Part shown: positions 14,501 to 26,366 of the stretch, in pieces
Numbering within the stretch: the first letter of the stretch is position 1
How the letters are laid out: every line of letters begins with the position of its first letter
Source: Phoronis australis
Lineage: Eukaryota > Animalia > Phoronida
Length of the DNA: 64,000 bases
Assembly (NCBI GenBank): GCA_002633005.1
Contig: NMRA01000010.1
Location: forward strand, 209,846 to 273,845
Reading direction: 5' to 3'
The notes under the pieces: model-generated
Databases searched by the model: none
Told to the model about the DNA's origin: nothing
What the model saw: only the letters and a program-made list of their open reading frames with translations
Made by a program: the position numbers and the translations under genes

Positions 14501-15566
14501 TAAAACATTGATTAATAAGACCTGTCTGCTGAACTGAATGTTTACCTATAGTACCAGTACCTCGGGGACCTCTCGTATCCTTTTTGATGGTTTCATGTAA
14601 AACGTTTGTGGCAGGAGCGTGGGAACTTGTTTGTCTATTGTTGCCGTCTATTTATACTCTCGTTCAATGCTTGGGACAATTTGTTTTTGGAACCACCTAG
14701 CTTGTTTTGGTAAAAGTCATTTTTAAGGTTTGAATGAAAGTATTCTCCTGTAGTCCTCTCAAACCAGTTCTTTTCTCTGCTCCAGGTCTCAAAGTTTTCA
14801 TTGCCAAACTCGTACCTCCAACCTCAGCTTCAAAATCCAACACTGCTACCATAAATAAACCCACTTGATAATTGATTGTCTGAGCAGTTGAAAAGCGTGT
14901 TTAACTGGTTAAGTAGTCGGACGACTTTGCTTTCATGCCTAGGCCCCTAAGTGTGGAGTGCGGGGCAGAGGTTGCCCAGCGAGGGAAGAAAGACCCAGCG
15001 AAACATGCTGAAGAGAGAAAAATAAAGCGAACATTTATCAATTATCGGTGGACGGCTGTTTAACGTGCGTCACCTACAGTAGTGATTGTCTAGCTTAGCC
15101 GTAAGTAACCGGCATTATTGACAGACTAGTTTTATTTTATACCACGGTCTTTTTCCCCAAGCCCAACAATTCGCTTAGTGTACACACAAGACACAAATAT
15201 GGTACATGTAGTTGCCAGTGTGGATTTAGAGGGGGTCCAAGGAGGCCATGGCCCCCCTAAAACGCTCCAAGATTCATTTGGCAGTTTAGGGGCTCGAATG
15301 TCTGCCTTGCCCCCACCCCCCAACTAAAAATCCTGAATGTGCCCCTGGTTGCCCGCGAACATGTGAAACACATCCTGTATTTTCAGGGATCGTCGTTAAT
15401 ATCCGACCTTGGCGGATCAATAGGCTTATGGATCGGCTGGAGCGTCATCACCATAGTGGAGTTGTTCGAGTTCTTGTCCGACGTGCTGATACTAGGTTGC
15501 AGCCGAAAATCAAGCAAAAGAGCCGTAGGCCATTCCAGTGACACTCCCGTGAAGAGCATAAAGTAA
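1205..15566 (+). CDS. DEG/ENaC (amiloride-sensitive / ASIC-like) channel subunit, 5'-partial, 10 exons
   Basis: Phase-consistent exons: 1205-1276 (least certain), 3552-3696 (GHQRGDFILGCTYKGYEC), 4765-4877 (YGNCFTFN...GPDSG), 5533-5693 (LTLMLNIEQSEY...GVRLVVH...PFP), 6766-6876, 9985-10111 (CKKTCYQ...CKC), 12977-13049 (CDCPLSC), 13694-13751 (SQWPS), 14193-14354 (VYFEDLNYEEIEQ), 15387-15566 (ISDLGGSIGLWIGWSVITIVE, TM2, stop). These are hallmark DEG/ENaC motifs; N-terminus/TM1 lies upstream of the window. Confidence 0.93.
8492..8562. repeat. (GT)n microsatellite
   Basis: Directly visible. Confidence 0.97.
12135..12755. mobile_element. Foldback / MITE-like element with long degenerate inverted arms
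   Basis: TGTCTAT..GAA..GCCAAAAGATT versus AATCCTTTGGC..TTC..ATAGACA; internal TTCAACGCGCTGAATT versus AATTCAGCGCGTTGA. Confidence 0.55.
15216..15347. mobile_element. Short MITE in the last ENaC intron
   Basis: CAGTGTGGATTTAG...CTGAATGTGCCCCTG flanked by a GTTGC direct repeat; same family as 804-910. Confidence 0.6.
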
Positions 15567-16792
15567 CGGCGAGCGCCCCCATGTTGGCCTCAATCCATAA
15601 AACGCGTTCTTGGCGATTGCAACGTTAATAACGCCAACGTTCGCAATAGAAAAATGGCCGAAAAGATTAGTATCAACCTCAATCCCTATAACGTAAGAAT
15701 TTCAGTATTTCAAAACATCTGTCAAAATGAGGAATAACCATGGATAGCGCGAAGGACCTCATGGTTTCCGAACAAAATGGCAATCTATAGATCTGCGTTA
15801 GCACGTAAAGCCCTAATTATGGATAGCTCTGTCGCTAAGGGTATAAAATCGTGCGGGCAGAATTTGACCGATTCCAGTCAGACATCAAGCAAAATGTACG
15901 CTACTATACTGGAAAGTGGTAGAGGAAGACCGGGGTGTCGTCGTCCAACCTTTGTATAACAACGGCTGTGGTCAAAATTTTAAGCAATTTCACGTTATGT
16001 TTCCTTTCAGTGCACTACAGAGCGTACCTTGTTACAGTACCATGTAACAGTGTTTGCGTCTTAGACTTCAGTTTCCACCACAACATTTTCTAAGACTATG
16101 CTACTCCGTTTGTTTTTACGTCAACTGTATTCTACTGTACCATTTTCCCTTTTTGGTGACAAACTCATTTATCAACTTTTAAATTCAAATAGTTCATAGA
16201 GAGACTGAAGACGCAAAAATATTAAAATACAAAGTGCTGATATTTCATATAACGTAAGACGACAGTAAAGAACCCAAATGTTAGTAAACTATCAAGTTGT
16301 TATTTGATGCTCATGGCGACGAACGCCATTTTAGGCATTACTGAAATATTTGTAAGTAAAGTATACCTCAACATCTGTTGCAGGTATCGCACTAGCGACA
16401 ATGAAACTAAATGGGAATATTTTGATAAGAATAACCTACACGTATACTACGGTTTTGTATTTAGGTAAACCACGTGGCCCCACTCCGGCCCTTATTTTGT
16501 TGAGGCTTGCAACTGCCAAAATTATTCAAATTATAGAAAGCGGAAAAAAGTGGGTGTCCACTAGCCAGATTTTTACAAATACAAAGTGTCTGAAGGGTAC
16601 CTGAATTTTCTGCTAAATTTCAAACTTCCCGCTTGATAGCGGTAAAGGCTTAAAAAAAGCCACGACTGAGCTAAAGGTGGGTTAAAGAAGAAGACAACAA
16701 TTGGCAAACTTTTAAATCAGAACAGACTCAAAAATCAAGAAAATGTCATTCCTAGCCTTCACGTGCAGCAAACAACTTAAAATGTCCAGCCA

Positions 16793-18673
16793 TCACGGGG
16801 TCGCGTCAGCATTTACTTTCCGGTAACCAACTTTTAAGGTTGCACCATGCTTTTTTCTCATGTGTCGGCCATAACTGGAACCTTCCACAAAAGACTTCCC
16901 GCACATATTGCAAACACGTGGACGAATGCCGGTATGCAGTCTTTCATGGTAGATTAGAACCATTCTCTTTGAAAATCCTCGACCACAGTAAGAACAAACG
17001 AACGGCTTCTCGCCCGTGTGTGTGCGTCTATGTATAGTCAAAGAATCTAATCTTAACAATGTTTTACCGCATATATCGCACAAGTATCGCTTAACTCCAG
17101 TATGCCTCAGGTGACAATGTTTTGCAAGCGCTGGTGCGGAAACAAATTTCTCTCCGCAGTGGCATTTGTGCATAACTGGTGACACAATTGGTTTCACGTG
17201 CCTGTACCACACGTGATTTGCCAGTTCCTTGCAGCAAGCGTAACGGACTTCATTCTTACACCAGTCACAGTTGAAAGGGCGGGTTTCCGAGTGTGTATTA
17301 ATCATGTGGTTTTCAAAATGCTCCATGTTTGCAAACACGTCTTTACAAATTTCACACACGAATCTTCTGAAGCTACAGCGGTACTTGACATGGAAGTTGT
17401 ATCTCTCCTCTTCATTAAATCCACATCCGCACAAGCGACATTTAAATGCCCATAACTTACTGGGACGTCTTCTCGTTTTGTTCCAGTGACGTTTGGTTAC
17501 GTGAGTTTCGTTGCAGGAAGAGGTTGATTCATCGTCCGAGCTCATATACTGAGTATCATCCGGGTTCTTCATACACTGAGGATGTATTTTGTAATGCAAA
17601 TTCAACACCTTTCTTTCTACGAAAACGAGATTACATAATTTACATCTATAAAGTTTGACATGGCAATCTTTGTGTTGCCGAAGTTTTTCCTCGTCGTCAA
17701 ATCCTTTGCCACATGTCATACAGACCCGGTGTTGAGGCTTTTTGGAATGGACCCCCATATGCTCATTCAAAGAACTATCATCGTAATAGCATTTTCCACA
17801 AAAATCGCAAATGAGTTCATCATGATGTTTCACAAAATGTTTCTTCATTTCCGATTCCAAATTAAAGCGCTCTTCGCATGCTACACAGCCGAAGGGGGGC
17901 ACTTGGGTGACAAGTTCAGCGCCCTCTGATGACGCTCTCACGCTCCCAAGGTCATTAGCTTGATTTTCTGTCACAGAATTTTGATGATTATGACTGGTAA
18001 TTTGTTGGCATTTACGACTGAACGACTGTACGTCAGTATTGCATTCTACCGCGCATTGAGTGTTTTCAACACTTTCAGCAAAATGCGCTACACTCTGACA
18101 GGTAGCGGTGTAATTAATTGGTTCCTGTTTAAGAGCTCCAAAATGACGCGGCTGTGCAAGCTGAGCTCTTTGAACGTCGCCCCAATCTGACTGTGCAGCA
18201 TTGTTCCACCAGGCATTACCGACACTATCTGTTGAAGCTGAGTGATTGAAAAATGACTGAAAGGTGGCGTGGTGAGCATTAGGTCGCTGTTCGGTAACTG
18301 CGCTAATGTCGCGATATTCAGACGAGTCATTCACGGGCGGCTGCGCAGGGTGAGGTCTTTGAATGCTGCACCAATGGGGTTGTGCAAAACAGGTCCACCG
18401 TGCACCCCCAATATTTCCGCTTGAATTTGTCTGTATGATTGAGCTGGATAGATAAGACGGATATCGGAAACCGTGACGGCTCGCACCCTGTGTCAACCCG
18501 TAAGACGGGAAACAAGGCGTATGCGAAGCATGTGCATCGTATTGGTTACAAAGGAAGTCAGGGTTAATCTGATGGCGGTTAGTCGTTAAATGTCCGTTTC
18601 TAAAGAAAGGCGTTGGTGTTCCAAAGTGCCGTGAAGGCGCTCCATAATAACTTGAGGTTGGCCAATGCTCCAT
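16793..18673 (-). CDS. C2H2 zinc-finger protein, paralog 1 (11 fingers, one large coding exon)
   Basis: Long ORF with CxxC...HxxxH repeats and TGEKPF-type linkers. A splice acceptor (TTTCAG, AG at 18689-18688) lies 14 nt upstream of ATG 18673, so the ORF-track extension to 18727 is intronic. Confidence 0.9.
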   Translation of the reverse strand: MEHWPTSSYYGAPSRHFGTPTPFFRNGHLTTNRHQINPDFLCNQYDAHASHTPCFPSYGLTQGASRHGFRYPSYLSSSIIQTNSSGNIGGARWTCFAQPHWCSIQRPHPAQPPVNDSSEYRDISAVTEQRPNAHHATFQSFFNHSASTDSVGNAWWNNAAQSDWGDVQRAQLAQPRHFGALKQEPINYTATCQSVAHFAESVENTQCAVECNTDVQSFSRKCQQITSHNHQNSVTENQANDLGSVRASSEGAELVTQVPPFGCVACEERFNLESEMKKHFVKHHDELICDFCGKCYYDDSSLNEHMGVHSKKPQHRVCMTCGKGFDDEEKLRQHKDCHVKLYRCKLCNLVFVERKVLNLHYKIHPQCMKNPDDTQYMSSDDESTSSCNETHVTKRHWNKTRRRPSKLWAFKCRLCGCGFNEEERYNFHVKYRCSFRRFVCEICKDVFANMEHFENHMINTHSETRPFNCDWCKNEVRYACCKELANHVWYRHVKPIVSPVMHKCHCGEKFVSAPALAKHCHLRHTGVKRYLCDICGKTLLRLDSLTIHRRTHTGEKPFVCSYCGRGFSKRMVLIYHERLHTGIRPRVCNMCGKSFVEGSSYGRHMRKKHGATLKVGYRKVNADATP

Positions 18674-19444
18674 CTGACAGTTGGTATCTGAAACGAAAGT
18701 TAAAGAGGTGAGACAGAAAAAAAGCATTTTGTACTGAACTAATTAAAACAAGAATCACAAACGTAGTGAATGGCTGCAATAGCTGATTTTCGAATAACCG
18801 TGCCATAATGAAATTCACTTTCCGCCAAACGGCGATCAGGTCGTCAACGCCACCTCCAGCATATCCCATGTACTGAATTCGGACGGGAGGTTTCAACCTA
18901 TCAGTATAAAAAGCGTTTTTATCTTTTTCAGCTATCACAATACCAGCAAGTTGCCACTGCTGTATACTATTAGCTTATGAAAAAGGGAAACCTCTTGAAA
19001 TATCCACGGAATTATGCTCCCTAAATTCCCCCATTGCAAAGAAGTCTGCGGCTACGAAGTCATTCGGGCAGTGACTGAAAAAGCAGGAGAATTTCGATCG
19101 CAGCCGGTGTCTAAAAGCTTACATAAGTTATTTAACTTAGTTAAGCCAATCGAACAATACGAATGACTAACAGAGGCATTAATTTCTTTGGGGATCATTC
19201 TAAGAAAACTGACTTAGCAAAGACGAATCTTAAATTTCAGCCAATTTTAAGATAAAACTTTAAAGTTTGTCTCGAGTCCATTTCAAGAGGATCTTAAGTT
19301 GTTTTACTTACGTTTTGTCTTAATTTTGACTAATTTACCCAATGTGGAAGTTTCAAAGTTTAGAAGTTGAGACAAATCTTAGACTTAAGTAAAATCGTTT
19401 CTTGGAACGAGCCCCAGTATTGAAACTAATGAACCGTGTATGTA

Positions 19445-19489
19445 TACACATACAAATACACACACGCACACGCACACGCACACACACAT

Positions 19490-19527
<38 letters not shown>
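19445..19527. repeat. Compound (CA)n/(CACACG)n/(TA)n microsatellite
   Basis: Directly visible. Confidence 0.95.
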
Positions 19528-19528
<1 letters not shown>

Positions 19529-19973
19529 GACTGGCCTCATTTGATTCCTTTGTCAAAAAGGTGTGATTTATGGACTTATGCAACAGACAGATGGATATTG
19601 CAAGGCTCCGTAAGTTGACTTGTCACGGCGTGTCATTTTATTCGCCGCGCATGGTCTCGAGCAGCAAAGATCGGCCAGTTCTATGAAAGACCACAAATCG
19701 CTTTTCATCTCAGTAAAGATCAAGCTGAGACCAATTCTATAGCGGTAAGTAGTCAAAATAAAAGCAAGAATCTTCGCGTCGTAATATTGCTGATTTAACC
19801 AAGGAGTCCGATTTCAATGTCGAATGGCTGGAAGCCATTGTAGGGAATCGGAATTTCTAATAAAATCACAAAAATACATCGGATTTTGTTGTTCTATGCT
19901 TGTAGTTCTGAAATCTACATGTCTTACCAACAACAATCCCCTTTCGCCACTCATATCGACTGCGTCCTTTTAA

Positions 19974-20935
19974 AGTGTACACAACATGACTCTAGTACAT
20001 CAAAATAAATTTTATTATTATATCTTACCAGATTTCAGTGCCTTTAGTGCACAGCTCATAAAGAAACACGCAAAAATTGAAAAAATAACAATTCTGTACA
20101 ACGACATGGGTTGAACCCAAGTCGTTCGCCATACTGTTCGGATCAGAGACAAAGTGTATAGAGTGAACAGAAAGCAAAGTGCATTTAGCGTCGAGAAGGT
20201 TCGTAGAGGGATCAAAAGATGTGTTTCCGGAGGCTGCAGCAACAGCAGCCAGGCGGAAAACGTCTCGGTGTTCCGAAGGACACCAAAGTTGCGCAGAAGT
20301 GGCATGACTTCGTGCGCCGAACGAGAGTGTGGGACGTCATCGTGGACCAAGCGATTCGGTCCGGGGCCACTCTGTGTTCTGCCCACTTTGAGGACTCGTG
20401 TTTCGACTCCAGTCACAGGAGACGTTACGATGAAGGCCTGGTTCAATAAAGGACAATATTTATCATTCAGAAACATCAGCTCTTAATTCAGGATCGTCTG
20501 TTGGATGACTGCGTTGACTCGCCGAGCCCGAGGCCGCTTCTCTCGCGGGAGGATCCAGTTCGTAAGGCTCAAAGTAGAAAAGTACGCTGCCGGAAGCCCA
20601 TTAATCTTGTTCTCGCTTTCGTGCAACCCCATTTCCTCATCCTGGCCACCATTCCCGTACGTTTCTTCATAGTATTCGTTCAATTCTTGCTCATAATCGT
20701 CGTCGCTTTCAAATTCCCTGCTCTCCGCCATAGTTCAATGCTAGTCACCGATCTCTTGTGTTCAACCCATGACTTCACATGGCGGGAAATGTGAAAATTG
20801 GCAAAATTGAAAGAAAAATCAAAATTTCGAGCTAATTACACAAAATAAACATGGGTTTAGCTAAATTTTACGTCATACATTTAGTTTGCGGCCAGCGGTA
20901 ATTCAAAATGTGCAAAAATCCATGATGTGTACTGT
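19974..20935 (+). mobile_element. Internally deleted Kolobok-like DNA transposon
   Basis: TTAA on both sides (19970-19973, 20936-20939). Imperfect TIRs AGTGTACACAACATG / CATGATGTGTACTGT. Frameshifted THAP domain on + and an acidic ORF fragment on -. Confidence 0.75.
20210..20449 (+). pseudogene. Frameshifted THAP-domain fragment of a transposase
   Basis: KRCVSGGCSN...SVF /frameshift/ PKDTKVAQKW..FVRRTR...LCSAHFEDSCF: the THAP C2CH signature with conserved P, W and F. Confidence 0.8.
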
Positions 20936-23900
20936 TTAAATTAGATGTACACAAAATAAGAGCACTTAGACATCCCCACAAAACAGCATTATACCATCCC
21001 AACTTCCAACGAGAAAGAGCAATTCTCGAAACGTTGGATTGTTATTACAATTTTATGTCAACGCATAAAAACCACACGAAGTTCTATCAGTTAAACAGAA
21101 CACCGTCCTAGGCCTGAAGTATGGGTAAGAGGAAAGTGCTCAGAATAAACGAAAACATCCCAGTTATAGTATAAGTAAAAAGGCCTTGAAAAGAATGTAG
21201 TGCAAACAGCGTAAATGTACAAATGATGCATAAAATTAACTTTATTGCACATCGCAGAAAATAACGTACCCGTATCTAGGCAAACATATTTTACGTTAAA
21301 ACTGCTTACTTTTGAGCGGACCAGACCTTTGACCCTGTCTTCAAGCACGTGATGTAGAGAACGGCTTTTACACGCATTTACTACGATAGTCTGGCAAAGG
21401 ATTCAGTTGCATGCTTGTACTGCTCAAGCAACACAGATACGGTTCAAAGGTTATTGATGTCGGTACAAACGTAATCAGCAGAATGGCAAAGCTTAATATG
21501 AAGTCACGCACCGAGAGCACCAAGTGTTGCGACATCAAGCGATTTGGCGGGGCAAGAATGAGCAAACCGATATCAGTGTTAGCAGCATCACTGGTACGTT
21601 GAAATGTTGTGGCTTGACAGCAAGCCATAAATTATCCATCGATTCAGTGAATGGTTTCTGCTTATGAAACAATCTACAGAAATATCTCCGAGTGATGGGG
21701 AAAGTGGTCTTGCTTCCACGAGAAGGGAATACGAATCAGCAAGAGGGGGACAGCGTGCGGGGGAAAAGAATTTTGTGCCTTGTTTTAAACGATTTCAGTT
21801 ACAGTCGGAGAGAATTCATTTGCTGAACACTAAGCAATCATTCCGGCACTTGAATGACCTCGTTTACATGATGTCAAGGGACGTTTTGGAATAAGGATAA
21901 AATGAACCGAGTTGATAAAATGAATTTGGATAGAACAATTCAAGACTTATCAGGAATACATCTTGTCAGTCCCAGATATTTTAACTCGTGTCACAGTACA
22001 CGTAGTTCACAAATTACACCCCACTCACCCAGATGACCTGCAGACAGCGCCCTACTATACCCTTTCTGTTTGCAGTGCAATAAACCTTATCTGATGGACA
22101 TAATTACAGGCACACCGTTTTCTAACAAAGATTTACACGCCCAGTTTACTCGGGCGTGTCTTTACGAGTTGGTGGGACTCAGTGCTTGGCTGGGGCATAC
22201 CTTGCTCTCGCCAGGTTTCTTGTGATGTCTTAAGAGACCGCAGCTCGCCTAGATTGATGTAGCAAGGTCTGCAAAACGCTTTTCTCATAGCACGTGGGAA
22301 GATAAAAAATATGATAACTAGTGATAATAAAATAATATTGTAGTGAAGATGATAAAAAATAGAGCTTCATTTTTTCGTCAGGAAATGCTGAATTTCGAAA
22401 GGATGTGAGTCATAGGGTAAATACAGGTGCGAGCCAAATGCGATGAAAATCCGATCACAACCAAAGGAGCTAGAGCGACGGCAAACTTAATGTACGCAAA
22501 CAAAAATCGACAAATGGTTTATTTTTGTCAGAGAATAATAATTTTCAAAGGGTCCGGGATATCGGTAATATAGAATTTAACCAAACTTGACTCATCAAAA
22601 TTACATAAGTTGGAGTAAGAACGCCGGACTCCCGATAATGCAGCCCATTCAAGGAAAGACAAACAAAAGGAAAAGGAAAAATTCGTAAAACAGTAGTGAA
22701 GATAAAATGGCCAAATTTCAAAATACCAAAATCGCTGTCTCAGTTTTCTGAAATTATCGTTTCAATTTGAAAAAACACGATCACAAGCTAGAGCGACTCT
22801 GAGGACGACGCCGTTTGCCCAAAACAACGTGACCAAATATTTTTTATACAAATGTTCCAGATGAAATCCCAAAATGCTATTTCCATTCGTGCAACAACCC
22901 CTTCAAAAGAGTTTTAAGCACAGCATCGTACTCATGTCGCACTGGCGAATCTGGGATATCGTGATGTCCTCTTAGTCTGCCAATAGCTGACTTTCGAAAT
23001 GGCCGCGCCATATTTAAATTCACTATCCCGCCAGGCGGCGATCAGATCTTTGGTAGACTGTCGTTCAGCGCCAGCTACTGATCCCATGAGATGCGGACGA
23101 TAGATTTCAACCTACTGGTATGACAGCGTTGTTACTACATGTACATTTAGGGGGCAGATGGACACCTTTGGAGGGAGCTGGAGTCTACAACTCTTTCTGA
23201 CTCGAACAAGTATTCCGGCAATCATTGATAAATCGCAGTTAACTCGTTGATTTCATGAGGAACTCTTGCCTGGTCTATGCTTACAACAGTTCAGCCCTCA
23301 TAAGGCCTTGTTTGGGTAAGATATAGAGTATCAACAAGTGAAAGGTATTGTAGCCAATGTTACACGACACAAACCATTAATTATCCACTGCTAACCATAA
23401 AGAATACCAGTAATTTTGTGTAATATTTCCCAAAAAAATTAAAATATCGCAATAAGTAGATTACATCACTTTGATTATTTCCCTGGTTTTATATTTTCAG
23501 CAGTGGGAATTCGGAGTAGGGCTGCAGAAAATAGGATAATTTTCTACTGTTTGCTTAGCTATCAAGTCTTTTGATTTATTTATGTAGTTTTATTTCCACA
23601 AATGCATTTTTGCAACAACTATTTTAACAAGTAGAACACACTAGGATCAAATGTCATGAACTGTTTTATGTGTGCACTGATTTTTGCTTCGGTAAGCTAA
23701 AAAGCAGATATCACTGACGTCATACATATGAATGTGCACCATTGTGTAAGGTATGAGGAACAAAATAATGGAAGAAATTTTAAGTTCGCTGCATTTATTA
23801 ACCAACGGGATTACCGGCTGTGCCAGTTTGAAACAGTGAAATTTCTTGGTCGCTCCACTAAGCTGATGATGGAAGCCGTACCAGGAAAGTTGAGCGTATA

Positions 23901-24519
23901 CCAGGAAAACGAAGAAACATCATTATTTTCTTTCGAAGTCTTGTGCTTCAGTTTGCACAGTATCAAATTAGTTTTTTCTTGTCTCACCTTTATATAATGC
24001 TTTGTAAAACTTATGTACCAATAACGAAGTATGTAATCATGCTTTTGCAAATCGGACTGATGGAACATCCATCGATGAGTCTAAGAAAATACACCTTTGT
24101 TCCGCAGGTGACAGAAAACGAGAAAGGCCCCAATCATCAATATAAAGCAAGCTCACGTCATTTGATTAATTTTTTCTGTACCAAATTTACGATAATTATC
24201 TCCTACAGTCTTCTCAAACATATCGTGGTCACGTGGTGTACTACCAACGTGTACCGGTTAGCGTCATCGTTGCTCAAGGTAACCGTGTTGCGATTATGTG
24301 GGATATCGGGAATTCAGGATAACTACAGAACAACAGAGGTCAATACAGTAAAAGCGTGTGTTTCTGAAAGTAGAAACCCAGTAAAACTTGATCGACGACT
24401 TTTTACCAATCTGCCATTAATATTGGGTCACACTACTTCGTAAAATCTTGCAAAAAAGAAAGACTTATGGCAAAACTAAGTAATGTCGGTTATCTCAAAA
24501 ATTCTATTACACATTTCTA

Positions 24520-25920
24520 TTACTATGCCGTCGTCCCTGTACGTCCGTCGTCCGCTGCTCTGTCTCCATAAACCTTTAATGTATGTTCATGAAACTTTGC
24601 GCATATAGGCTATTCCTTTCGTGAATGGGACGGCATAAGCAACTTTCGACTACCAGTGTGCCCCCTAGTGGCAATTTTAGTGTTTTACGTTTACCTCTGC
24701 ATCTTCAAAGTACGTCAACATATTTTTATAAAATTTGGCACGCACTTATGTTAGTGAGGTGACGCTACCGTCCCGTTTTCGGGTGGATTCGAGGTATTTT
24801 GCGTCACGTAGTGGCCATTTTTACTGTTTTCGAGCCTGTTTCGTGGCGTTCGCNCCCCCCCCCTCTACCACCCAAACCACTCAAAGATTATTTATACTGT
24901 GAAATTCGCATTACATGTTCCTACTGTAAAGAGGACAGCTAAAATGATTTTCCGACTTTGACAACTGTGGCGCCTCCTATTGGCAGTTTTGTTTTTTACA
25001 CCCACGGCTGTATCTCCTAAACCCTCTGAAGGATCTTTATTAAATTTAGCAAGTGTATTCATATGAAGTTGACAACGGACGACGACGACTTTCGGATGGA
25101 TCCGACGTACATTTTTTCCGGATGTTTATGGAATTTGCTAAACAGCCTTTTATAAAGAAACGATGACCTGTTCCTAATTTCGGATCGATTCGACGTATTT
25201 GGGCCATCTAGTGGCCATTTTACCTGTTTTCTAGTCTGTTTTTGGCGTCCGCCCCTCTATCAACCAAACCAAATTAGGTATTTTGAAAACTGGCTTTTAT
25301 GTTTCTACTGAGAAGATTACGGCTGATGATTTTCGGGCGACTTGGACCACAGTGGCGCTTCACAATGGTAGTTTTTTACGTCCGCATGCCTGTATCTCCC
25401 GATCCCTCCGCAGTATCTTTATTGAATTTATCAACGGACAAGGACTACATTAGGATGGATCCGACTACCGCTTGCCCCCTGAAGTGACATTTTTTGTTCG
25501 TTGTCCTTTGTATCTTTGTTGCAATTTTTATGAAATTCAATAAAGAGGGTTTCTATTAAAGAGTCAACAAGTTCTCGTTTTCGGATAAACTCTACGTAAA
25601 GCGGTCGTTTTCATTACCATGAAATTTTGCAAATACGTTTCTAGTAAGGAGACAACGACGGTCTTCTCATTTTCGGGCTCATTTGACGTATTCTGGGCCA
25701 CCCGGTGGCCATTTTAATTTTTTGAGTACTTTTTTGACATCAGTGTCTCCATCCACCAAACCGCTTGAAGGATCGTTATGAACATTTGGAGACGTGTGCA
25801 TAAAACATCGTAACTGAAAGTTTCTGTTGAATCCCACCAGCCGTTTCTGAGATAATTCAGACATTTTTCTAGGGTCGTGCATATCCTTAAGTAAAGCAGA
25901 CTCCAGCAGATGCTCTCCAT
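24520..25920 (+). mobile_element. Helentron/HINE (DINE-1-like) non-autonomous element with internal ~150-bp degenerate tandem repeats
   Basis: GTCCGTC seed near the 5' end, repeated GAAATTTGGC / TGTATCTC / CTAGTGGC blocks; homologous to 35335-36693. Family assignment is by structure only. Confidence 0.6.
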
Positions 25921-26366
25921 GTTAGGCTACGTCATGTTCTCCGTAAGACGGAAACGAAATGATAATTTGGAAATTATAACAGTCTTTTTTGATATTCATT
26001 TATTTAAAATCAAATTTGATCATGTTATTGATACCTTTGTTTTGCTGACAACGTGACCCAATTAACAAAAATCAAATTCTTCAGGCTTTCTAACATCAGA
26101 AATATACTTTTAATTTATAATTTCATGGATACTGGGCTAATAATCAGACGTATCGGTAAAATCCCACGTGACATACGAAGGCTGTCACAAAAGTCTATAT
26201 ACGAAATTTGTCAACTTAATGCAATATTTTGCTCTCATAAAACGGGTCCATGTTGTTTATAATTCATGGTCAAGTCCATCGCTTTACGAGAGCATGAAAG
26301 TTACATAAAGTACAGTGTGTATTTGTAACGCCAGTTTCAGCAATGTGGGCGTACATAATTGCAAAT

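Noticed and set aside
18688-18727. ORF-track N-terminal extension of ZnF1 (MLFFCLTSLTFVS)
   Set aside because: It is the polypyrimidine tract of the acceptor, starts at a non-ATG codon, and is not conserved in paralog 2.
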